A stretch of 26,398 nucleotides of DNA from a virus (taxonomy: Duplodnaviria > Caudoviricetes). Position 1 is the first letter of the stretch; every line of letters begins with the position of its first letter. The stretch lies in IMG/VR virus record IMGVR_UViG_3300013131_000215, positions 1 to 26,398 of that record. One strand, given 5' to 3'. Of this stretch, positions 15,952 through 24,066 are shown piece by piece. The translations under genes and the position numbers were made by a program. The notes below the pieces were generated by a model. That model did no database searches and had not been told where the DNA came from. It saw only the letters and a program-made list of their open reading frames with translations.

Positions 15952-17000
15952 TGAGTAAAGATAATATAGAAATACTATATGAAGTTTACGCTGCTTCAGG
16001 TCTTGGAAAGTGGTTCGCTCAAGATTGGAAAGATATTAGCCGTAAAAAAAAGGGTGGGGGTCATCCTTCCTGTGGTGCATCTGCTGGCAAGGGTGTACGT
16101 AAGAAGAGCAAATCAAAGAAATATCCCAAGTGTGTTCCCGCCTCTCGTGCTGCTGGTATGAGTAAAAAAGAAAAATCCAGTGCAGTTAAAAGAAAGCGTG
16201 CAGCGGGAAATAAAGGAAAAAAACCAAATTGGGTTAGTACAAAGCCGAAGAAAGAAGTATTTATTGCTACGGAGAATAACATGAGAGTTAATGAATTATT
16301 AAAGTTTTTAAATGAAGAAGCAAAGCCATCTAAAAAAATGGTAAAAGAAAATAATATTGTTGAAACCATTAGAGCTTTGGTTCTTGAAGAGTTAACTAAA
16401 GAAAATGCCTCGCCAACAGGTACAACAGGTACAGGTACTCCTCCTGCTGCCGCCCCAGCCGCTGGTGCTGCGCCCGCTGCTCCTGCTGGTCAAGCCACTC
16501 CTGCCCCTAATGCTACTCCTCCCGCACCCGCACCAGCAGCCGGTCAAGCCACTCCTGCCCCTAATGCTACTCCTCCTGCCGATCCTACTGCTCCAAATGT
16601 AGATACGCCCCCCGCTCCCAAAGTTGAAGAATCGAAAACTTTAGAAGAAGATCTTGATGAAGCTTTCGGTTTAGAAGAACAACAATACGGTACATATGGA
16701 AATCATTCTACTGATGCTGGACTTCTTGGATTTCCCAAACAAGGTAACAGAGATGGCAGAGATGGCAGAGATGGCAGAGATGACGAAGGTGATGTAAGAC
16801 CAAGAGGTGATTATGAAGAACTTGAGGAATGTGGTTCTAGATATGAGAATGAATTAGAAGAGAATTTATTTGCTGAGAGCAAGGTAGTTCGTGGTCGAGT
16901 TCTTAGTGAGTCTGCGAAGAATGGTGAGCTTTTAATGCAAGAGCGCCGCAGAAAGCAACTCATCCAAGTTCAAAATAAAATTCTTTACTCAAAACGCTGA
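15948..17000 (+). CDS. Hypothetical (probable internal head) protein: basic 'GLGKWF..W...CG...YPKCVP' domain, Pro/Ala linker and acidic region
   Basis: GTGA overlap with the upstream gene, Lys-rich N-domain, PA-rich repeats, L-x-E motifs. Possible in-frame internal start at 16281. Confidence 0.75.
   Translation: MMSKDNIEILYEVYAASGLGKWFAQDWKDISRKKKGGGHPSCGASAGKGVRKKSKSKKYPKCVPASRAAGMSKKEKSSAVKRKRAAGNKGKKPNWVSTKPKKEVFIATENNMRVNELLKFLNEEAKPSKKMVKENNIVETIRALVLEELTKENASPTGTTGTGTPPAAAPAAGAAPAAPAGQATPAPNATPPAPAPAAGQATPAPNATPPADPTAPNVDTPPAPKVEESKTLEEDLDEAFGLEEQQYGTYGNHSTDAGLLGFPKQGNRDGRDGRDGRDDEGDVRPRGDYEELEECGSRYENELEENLFAESKVVRGRVLSESAKNGELLMQERRRKQLIQVQNKILYSKR
16488..16576 (+). repeat. 35-bp exact direct repeat (GQATPAPNATPP)
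   Basis: GGTCAAGCCACTCCTGCCCCTAATGCTACTCCTCC at 16488-16522 and 16542-16576. Confidence 0.9.
16748..16783 (+). repeat. 9-bp tandem repeat (CAGAGATGG)x3 plus one near copy, encoding RDG repeats
   Basis: Directly visible. Confidence 0.9.
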
Positions 17001-17027
17001 TTTATTATCATAGATTGTTTATCTATT

Positions 17028-17990
17028 ATGAAAAAGAAGAAGAAAAATACAAATCTAATATCATTGTTAGAAGTTCTTGCATCGCCTCAAGAACCTATTA
17101 ATAAGAATGATGTAGATACGTATTTTAGAATTATACGTGAATATATTAAACGTATAGCGTCGGGCGCGGATCCTACGGAACAAAAAAAACTTTTAAATAC
17201 AGAACTTTTCAGAGAACCAAAACTTAAATCTATAATCCAAAATATACCAGTTCCAATTGAACCAGATGCCTGTAAAAAAATAATATTTCATCTTAATGCA
17301 ATTGAAAATTTACCTAGTGAAACAAATAAGATTCCCATTAAATCTATTTTAGATGGACTAAAGGAACAAGAGGAGGTAGGAGATATTGTAAGTTATTTTT
17401 TAACCCAAATCTGTGATCCTATAAAAATGCAAAAAACAAAAGATGATTACGAACAAAAAAATTTGCTTCTTGTTTTTAAATCATTGTTTATACCTGGGCT
17501 CAATACCAGTTCTGTGACTATAGATACAATAAAACCATATTGGGAAAAATATAAAAACGACACTGAATTTAATAATTTGATTGAAAAACGTAAAGAAAAG
17601 GATTCATTTTTCGAAGAATTTACATTTCGTAATGAAGGATGGCAAATTTTATTTTTTCGTATTTTTAACGAACTTTTTCCAGGTAAGATTGAGGAACTTT
17701 TTCCGGACAGAGCAAAAGAATTGTTAAAACTATTAAATAAGGAGCTCGTTCCTTCTGTAACAGCACCATTATCAGCGATAAAAGGGTCTGTCGAAGCATT
17801 AAGAGATCGATTACGAAAATCAAGACCTATTGAGAGAGGAATAGGAGGAGAAAATCCTACTGCTTTAAGAAGAAGAATCGACGCGACAAGGCGCACGGCT
17901 GAATTTCCAGCAGTAGCTGCTGAATTACAAGAATCATTACAATTAAAAACTCTTTCATTAAAAGAAGCAATGGAAAAAGAATACGATTGA
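17028..17990 (+). CDS. Hypothetical protein with a conserved N-tag and C-tag (SLKEAMEKEYD)
   Basis: 320-aa ORF whose termini are shared with the next gene. Confidence 0.75.
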   Translation: MKKKKKNTNLISLLEVLASPQEPINKNDVDTYFRIIREYIKRIASGADPTEQKKLLNTELFREPKLKSIIQNIPVPIEPDACKKIIFHLNAIENLPSETNKIPIKSILDGLKEQEEVGDIVSYFLTQICDPIKMQKTKDDYEQKNLLLVFKSLFIPGLNTSSVTIDTIKPYWEKYKNDTEFNNLIEKRKEKDSFFEEFTFRNEGWQILFFRIFNELFPGKIEELFPDRAKELLKLLNKELVPSVTAPLSAIKGSVEALRDRLRKSRPIERGIGGENPTALRRRIDATRRTAEFPAVAAELQESLQLKTLSLKEAMEKEYD

Positions 17991-17991
17991 T

Positions 17992-19020
17992 ATGAAAGCT
18001 ATAAACAAAAAAAGAAATAAAAATTTAGCAAATCTTTTAGAATATCTTGCGGATCCGAAAGAATCTAAGATTCTAAGCTTCTCTAATAATAAAATAAATA
18101 AAAGAGGACAAAAAAGAAAAACAAAAAATTTGGATGAAACAATCCATCTTCTTATGGAAGAAGTTTTAAATGAAATAGAAATTAAAACTCCAAAACAACC
18201 AGCAATACGATCAAATTCTACAAGGGGTTCATCTGGGTACAATCCGACAGCAACGTTGAATAACTTGAAACGGGATATTGAATCATTTAATGATGCTAAT
18301 TATTTACCTGTTAAAAAACAAGCTTTAACTGATATTGCAGAAAATTTCTCTAATGTCATGTCAAATGGCACTGATGAGCAAAATAAAACTATTGTTGAAT
18401 ATCTAAAATCTTTAGAAGAAGGAGATTTTTATCAAAAATTTAATTCAATGGTTAATATTCATGGAGATAAAAACCAAAAAAAAATTGTTGCTAGGATGTC
18501 CCAGTATATTGAAAGAGTATTAGGAAAAAAATATATTGACCCAATACAATTGAGTATAGAATTTCAAAATCAAATAGATACACTTCAGGATACATTAGAG
18601 AAATATCGAGTTCCATATCTAAATAAATCTCAAAGTGATTCTTTTAGAAAACAACTCAATAATTTACGATTAATAAATAAACCAGGAGATACTGAAGACA
18701 CAAAAAAGAAAGAATTCATAGAAATTCTTAATAAGATTAAAGAATTGCAGCCAAAGAAATCTCCGCAGAAGTCGCAAGAACCATATGCTGTTACGCAAAA
18801 TGTGCCACAGACACCACCTGGAATTTTAGGAAAGATAGGTTCAGGAATTAGCGGAGCATTGAGTCGATTCAAAGGGATGTTTACAGAATATAAAAATATT
18901 CCAGATGAAGTTTTGTTAGAAATGTTCAACAGAGCAAACATTAATGAACAAATGTTAATAGAAATATTAGGCTACGAAAATTATTCATTAAAAGAAGCAA
19001 TGGAAAAGGAATATGACTGA
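17992..19020 (+). CDS. Hypothetical protein with a conserved N-tag and C-tag (SLKEAMEKEYD)
   Basis: 342-aa ORF whose termini are shared with the previous gene. Confidence 0.75.
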   Translation: MKAINKKRNKNLANLLEYLADPKESKILSFSNNKINKRGQKRKTKNLDETIHLLMEEVLNEIEIKTPKQPAIRSNSTRGSSGYNPTATLNNLKRDIESFNDANYLPVKKQALTDIAENFSNVMSNGTDEQNKTIVEYLKSLEEGDFYQKFNSMVNIHGDKNQKKIVARMSQYIERVLGKKYIDPIQLSIEFQNQIDTLQDTLEKYRVPYLNKSQSDSFRKQLNNLRLINKPGDTEDTKKKEFIEILNKIKELQPKKSPQKSQEPYAVTQNVPQTPPGILGKIGSGISGALSRFKGMFTEYKNIPDEVLLEMFNRANINEQMLIEILGYENYSLKEAMEKEYD

Positions 19021-19597
19021 CGTACCAGATTGGGAAAAAAAGTATTGGGCAAATCGTCTTCAGCAAAAGACATCTGGACAGCATCAACAACAGATGCCTC
19101 AACAACCTCACTACGAGCCTCTACATGTCACTCAAGCAAGACTGAAGGGACAAGACCCCAATCAATTAATGAGAAGCTTAGGAGTTCAAATAGACGGCTT
19201 CTCGAATATGGATGATCCACGAGTAATGGCTTCCAGAGAAATCACTGGACAATTATCGGCAAGAGATCAAGTTAGCGGCGCTAAAGTTGTAATGATTAGA
19301 GAAGGAGCAAGATACTTTAGACAAGTTCAATCTGAAGCCTATGGCGTATCTATTCCTCTCTTAAGATCTATGGGACAAATAACAAATGCTACAGGAAAAG
19401 AATTTGAACTTCGTGGTCCATCTCGTGGTTATGTAATTGATGGATTAAATGTAATTGATGCCGGTAAAATGAATGAATCTCCAGAAAGATTTGTGTCTTT
19501 AATGAAAGTGCGAGCACCTTTTATTGGAGATATTTTTGTTGAATCTTCTGCTGTAATTGAATCTTTTAATGGTCAAAGATCAATACTTCGTGGATGA
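19013..19597 (+). CDS. Hypothetical protein
   Basis: 194-aa ORF overlapping the upstream stop, with a Gln-rich N-region. Confidence 0.7.
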   Translation: MTDVPDWEKKYWANRLQQKTSGQHQQQMPQQPHYEPLHVTQARLKGQDPNQLMRSLGVQIDGFSNMDDPRVMASREITGQLSARDQVSGAKVVMIREGARYFRQVQSEAYGVSIPLLRSMGQITNATGKEFELRGPSRGYVIDGLNVIDAGKMNESPERFVSLMKVRAPFIGDIFVESSAVIESFNGQRSILRG

Positions 19598-19662
19598 AAA
19601 ATAGTTTCAGCTCAGGAAACATAATATTATTCATATTTATATTAGATTCCTGTTAATTTTTT

Positions 19663-20139
19663 ATGGCTATTTTATTTCCAACAGCATTAGATAACTTTAT
19701 CAATCCAACATCAACAACTCCGTTGAATGCTGCTGCTGGATTACGTCATTCAGAACAACACGGTAAATTAAATGATTCCATAGAAGCTATAGAATCAAAA
19801 GTTGGTATTGATTATTCTAATGTAAATAATTCTATAGACTATATAACCAAATTATATTTGATGACTCAAACACAACATCAGGATGGTGGATATAGAGAGA
19901 TAGAGTATGTTCCTGGTAATCCTGTTATACCTTCAAAAGTAAGATGGTATAAAGATTCTTCAAAGGCTGTATTGTTAGTTGAAAAACAATTTACTTATGG
20001 AGCCAATAAGATCATTCCAGCTCAAGTTACTTTGAAGTTATTTTCTGGAACTCCTGATAATTCTTTAAAAAGAACGATAAATGACGTAATATCTTATAAT
20101 AAAGTGTTTGAGGTTTCTCGCACCAGATCTGTCATATAG
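19663..20139 (+). CDS. Probable virion structural protein
   Basis: N-terminal FPTALDNFINP...HSEQHGKLNDSIEAIESKVG resembles an N-terminal module of phage virion/fibre proteins. Preceded by ATATTTATA. Confidence 0.55.
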   Translation: MAILFPTALDNFINPTSTTPLNAAAGLRHSEQHGKLNDSIEAIESKVGIDYSNVNNSIDYITKLYLMTQTQHQDGGYREIEYVPGNPVIPSKVRWYKDSSKAVLLVEKQFTYGANKIIPAQVTLKLFSGTPDNSLKRTINDVISYNKVFEVSRTRSVI

Positions 20140-20240
20140 GATTGAATATAAAATATTTATATGTGTAGAGGTTTGTCCTATCACCTGAAATGATTCAGTG
20201 TGAAAAGGGTACGCTTTTATAAAAAACATGTAGGTGTTTT

Positions 20241-22316
20241 ATGAGTTTTGAATCTCCAATTTCAGTATTACAAAACCTTGCTGGCGACGAAGTAGCAGTT
20301 GTTTCCGGTTCAGCAATGGGTTCAGACCAACCAGGTGTTGCCATTCTTGCAAAAGATGAATCTGGCAATGCTCAATTCCTTAATTTAAACGCTTCTGGCG
20401 AACTTAAGGTTGAAGCTACGGTAGACGTAGCTCTATCTGCTTCAACGGACAGTATCCTTGTATACGGTTCAGCAGATGTTGCTCTTCAACAAGATGGTGA
20501 ACGTGCAAATTCACTTAAGACATATGATGCATATGTTTCTGGTGCAATTGATAACATGGGTTCAAATCTTGGTGGTAAGCTTGACACTCTAGATTCTTCT
20601 GTCGGCGCAGTTGAAACGGCAGTTGACAATGCATCCTCTGCAATCAGCGGCTCAGTAGTCGCCCTAGGTTCAGACCTTGGCGGCAAACTAGACACGCTAA
20701 ATGCAGTTGATTTTGCTACCGAAACCACGCTAGCAGCATTCAAGAGCGATAACCGTTCTGATCTACAAGCAGTTTCTGGCGCAATTGATATCGTTGGTGC
20801 AATGCTAGAATCAACTCTAACATCAATTGACGGTAAAGATTTCGCTACCGAAGCTACATTACTAGCAATTTCTAGCTCTATTGCTCAAAACGAATATATT
20901 GATGGCAAACTTCGTGTTGACGCTGACGTTAACGTAACGCTTAACTATGCCGACGATAGTGTTACTGTATACGGCTCAGAAGCTGTAATGCTTCAACAAT
21001 CTTCCGCTCATGCTAATGCGCTTAAAGTCATCGATACAGATGTTTCCGGTGCAATCGTAGCAATGGAAAGCGGTCTTGGCGGTAAGCTTGATACCCTAGA
21101 TTCTTCTGTTGGTGCAGTTGAAACAGCGGTTGATAATGCTTCTTCTGCAATCAGCGGCTCAGTAGTTGCTCTAGGCGCAGATCTAGGCAGCAAATTTGAT
21201 ACGCTAAATGCAGTTGATTTTGCTACCGAAACCACGCTAGCTGCATTCAAAGCTGACAATCGCTCTGATCTACAAGCAGTTTCCGGTGCAATTGACGCAA
21301 TGAAAGTTGAACTAGAAGCAACCTTAACATCAATTGATGGCAAGGATTTCGCAACTGAGGCAACTCTTGATGCATTCAAGAGCGAAAACAATGGCAACCT
21401 AGTTGCTCTTTCAAGCTCTCTTGCTCGCTTTACCTTTAACGGTTCAAATGAACTACTTGTCAATGCAGCTGTTGACGTAGCTCTATCTGCCTCAACTGAC
21501 AGTATCACCATTTATGGTGATGAAGGTATCCCATTCTCACAAATCTCTGGCTCTGGCGAGATGGTCACCGTTCCACTAGGTAGCGAAGGGAACTCTTTCC
21601 TACAAGCCGCTTCTGGTTCTATCCACAGCGACGTTAGTGGTAATGGCGCACTTCTTATTGGTCTACTTGGTAGCAACAGCAAGAATGTTCTTCAATCTTC
21701 TGTAAACGATATCCTTATAGTTTCTGGTGCTGGCAACTTTAATGTTACTGCAACTGCTCTTGACATTCGCCCACTTACGTCTGCTGACGTAGTAACTGTT
21801 GATAACATGGTAGACGTTTCTTCTCTTGCAACAGAAGCAACCCTATCTGCTGTCTCCGGTGCAATCAATGGTCTAGGTGTAAGCGTTAACGCTGTCCAGG
21901 CTGCTGTTGAAGCAATTGATGCAGCACAACTTGGAACAGTAACTGTTTCCGCAACCGATCTTGATATTCGTGATCTAAGCAGTGCAACTGATAGCATCAG
22001 CGCAGTTCAATCTGGTGATTGGATTGTCCGTAAGCACACAACTTCCGCAGCAGTTTCTACTGCAAATGCAAGTGTAACTAGCGCAGAAGTACTAGCTTCT
22101 AACGGTGATCGTATGAATGCAACCTTCTTCATGGACGGTAACGCAACATGCTATATCAAACTCGGAGGCGCAGCTTCTAATTCTGACTTCTCAATTAGAC
22201 TAGTAAACAATGGTTACTATGAACTACCAGAAGGCTACACTGGCGCAATTCACGCTGTATTCAGCGTAACGGATGCCGCTATTAAGCTTCGTATGACTGA
22301 ACTATCCTACGTTTGA
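20241..22316 (+). CDS. Highly expressed repetitive virion protein (fibre/decoration-like)
   Basis: Ala/Ser/Gly/Asp-rich, internal ~169-aa repeat, DFATE(T/A)TL and LDIR(D/P)L motifs, capsid-gene-like codon bias, own strong terminator. Confidence 0.7.
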   Translation: MSFESPISVLQNLAGDEVAVVSGSAMGSDQPGVAILAKDESGNAQFLNLNASGELKVEATVDVALSASTDSILVYGSADVALQQDGERANSLKTYDAYVSGAIDNMGSNLGGKLDTLDSSVGAVETAVDNASSAISGSVVALGSDLGGKLDTLNAVDFATETTLAAFKSDNRSDLQAVSGAIDIVGAMLESTLTSIDGKDFATEATLLAISSSIAQNEYIDGKLRVDADVNVTLNYADDSVTVYGSEAVMLQQSSAHANALKVIDTDVSGAIVAMESGLGGKLDTLDSSVGAVETAVDNASSAISGSVVALGADLGSKFDTLNAVDFATETTLAAFKADNRSDLQAVSGAIDAMKVELEATLTSIDGKDFATEATLDAFKSENNGNLVALSSSLARFTFNGSNELLVNAAVDVALSASTDSITIYGDEGIPFSQISGSGEMVTVPLGSEGNSFLQAASGSIHSDVSGNGALLIGLLGSNSKNVLQSSVNDILIVSGAGNFNVTATALDIRPLTSADVVTVDNMVDVSSLATEATLSAVSGAINGLGVSVNAVQAAVEAIDAAQLGTVTVSATDLDIRDLSSATDSISAVQSGDWIVRKHTTSAAVSTANASVTSAEVLASNGDRMNATFFMDGNATCYIKLGGAASNSDFSIRLVNNGYYELPEGYTGAIHAVFSVTDAAIKLRMTELSYV

Positions 22317-22353
22317 TAATTTCTACGTAGATTAGTAAAGTAATCTAATCTAG

Positions 22354-22384
22354 GAGAGGGGAGAGAAATCTCCCCTCTCTTTTT
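22354..22384 (+). terminator. Rho-independent terminator
   Basis: GAGAGGGGAGA-GAAA-TCTCCCCTCTC perfect 11-bp stem, then TTTTT. Upstream TAGATTAG/CTAATCTA hairpin (22328-22352). Confidence 0.92.
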
Positions 22385-22712
22385 ATTTTATCTTATCCCA
22401 ATTTTTAATATAATTTTCTAAATTTTCTTTTTCTTGAATAGATCCAGAATGAGAAAATATTTTTGGCAATTCATATCCTTTAGGATGTATCTTTTCTTTT
22501 AAATGATCTAGAAATAGATAAACATTGAAAATGTTTAGATTGTCCAAATCTAAGGTCATCTCATATGGTTCTCCATATGTATTTGAATAGTTAATAGCTT
22601 CTTCTATAGAATTAAAAAGAATCCAACTGGGATCTGGAGGAGGATTCCAACTATCTAGAAAACATTTCCATCCAAAGACATTAGGTTTTTTTCTTTTCTT
22701 TTTTATTTCCAT
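22383..22712 (-). CDS. Divergent cyclic-phosphate-processing receiver (cREC)-like protein
   Basis: FLD...PP...W....S.EEAI....YG.P.E.TLD.D...HS pattern matches the recalled cREC_REC consensus (FLDD.R.P, SLDHDL, VHS), but is degenerate. Confidence 0.5.
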   Translation of the reverse strand: MEIKKKRKKPNVFGWKCFLDSWNPPPDPSWILFNSIEEAINYSNTYGEPYEMTLDLDNLNIFNVYLFLDHLKEKIHPKGYELPKIFSHSGSIQEKENLENYIKNWDKIK

Positions 22713-22713
22713 A

Positions 22714-23994
22714 TTATTTTTTATCTAGAACAAACTTAACATCATTAAGTTTATACTTTTGTTTTAAATATAGAAGGATCCAATTCTCATTTTTATTTTC
22801 CGATGAATTGAAAAATATTCTATCAAATATAAAAATTTCTTTTATTCTCCCGGAAAAATTTCCATCTGGATTTAGAATTAAATTAGCATTTGCTGCATTT
22901 GATTTTTTTATTTGTAATTCTTCATTTGTTTCTGTTAGAGAAAACCATTTGTCTTTATGGTAATTAAAATCTTTCATAAAGATCTTATTGTTTTCAATAG
23001 ATTGATATGAGAGGAGAAATACTCTTGGACCTGGTACTTCATTATCGATAAATCTGTCTAAGAATTTATAACCCATAAATAAGTCAATAAAATTTTTATT
23101 TTCAAAAGTTTTGCCGCAAATGTTAAAAACATGTTTACAAAAAACTCTTGTAACATTTGTATATTCCGGATATCTACCAATCTGGTCTTTTTCTTTCTCC
23201 AAGATCATGTCTATAGAATTATTATTTGAATCTATTAGAGTTAAAACTCTTTGTTTATCTCCTTTAAAGACAAATTCCGACATCTCGAATACAGCCATAA
23301 TTGTTAAATTTAAATCTCTCTGTAAATCTATATTAAAAGGTTTGCTATATAAAATATCTCCAGAATTAAATTCAATCATTTCTCTATCCGAATCTAATTG
23401 TGGAGCCTTAAGAATATCTTCTTGTAATAAATGATTAGAATTTCCAGAATTATCTTTCCAGGAAGCAATTTTATTTGTTTCAGGATATAAGTCACATGGA
23501 TTATCCCATTTTAACCATAATTTTAATCCAGCAATGTTCTTTAGAGAATCAGAGATTTGAAAGAATTTCCCTCCTTCTTCTATGGATTCAATATAAGTTT
23601 TTGTTTTATCGTTAGAGATAGAAATAAAAGGTATTGCTCTGGTTCTTGGCGCAACTCCTTTCCAAGTTCCATCTGTTAATCCAGTTCCTGTAAGTCTTAT
23701 AATTCCTTCTGAAAAAGAAAAACTAACATTAATTTTTTGTTGCTCTATAAACTCTATTTTTTCTGTCTTTGTAAGTTCTTTGCCATATTCTTTTAATATG
23801 AAACGTTGCCCTTCATAAGATAGAGAAAGATGTCTGCCAAATTTTATTAATTCAACATCTGATTTCTGCAAAATAATATTAATGTTCCAAATATTTTTAA
23901 AAATCCAATTAATTTGAGAATCTTTGCAAACAAACTCATTTTCCTTTGAAGATTTTAATTCGGAAGTTAGTTTGTTAAAAAATTCTTTCATCAA
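22714..23994 (-). CDS. Protein with a LamG/concanavalin-A-like domain
   Basis: GLKLWL...IASWKDNSGNSNHLLQ...APQL...IEF and FSGRIKEIFIFDR...YLKQKY motifs. Confidence 0.6.
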   Translation of the reverse strand: MMKEFFNKLTSELKSSKENEFVCKDSQINWIFKNIWNINIILQKSDVELIKFGRHLSLSYEGQRFILKEYGKELTKTEKIEFIEQQKINVSFSFSEGIIRLTGTGLTDGTWKGVAPRTRAIPFISISNDKTKTYIESIEEGGKFFQISDSLKNIAGLKLWLKWDNPCDLYPETNKIASWKDNSGNSNHLLQEDILKAPQLDSDREMIEFNSGDILYSKPFNIDLQRDLNLTIMAVFEMSEFVFKGDKQRVLTLIDSNNNSIDMILEKEKDQIGRYPEYTNVTRVFCKHVFNICGKTFENKNFIDLFMGYKFLDRFIDNEVPGPRVFLLSYQSIENNKIFMKDFNYHKDKWFSLTETNEELQIKKSNAANANLILNPDGNFSGRIKEIFIFDRIFFNSSENKNENWILLYLKQKYKLNDVKFVLDKK

Positions 23995-24066
23995 AAATAA
24001 ATATCTTTTATTTGTATTATAAATTAAATTTCTATAATTAAAGATATGAATTGCTGAGAGGAATAA

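Noticed and set aside
17955-19020. 36-bp repeat as an att site, transposon end or DGR template/variable pair
   Set aside because: Differences are synonymous third-position changes in coding ends rather than adenine-specific. No integrase, transposase or reverse transcriptase lies nearby.
20486-21997. Long antisense ORFs opposite the 691-aa gene (and similar ones opposite gp23 and 17028-19020)
   Set aside because: Expected from codon bias and repeats on the coding strand; no SD or recognisable motifs.
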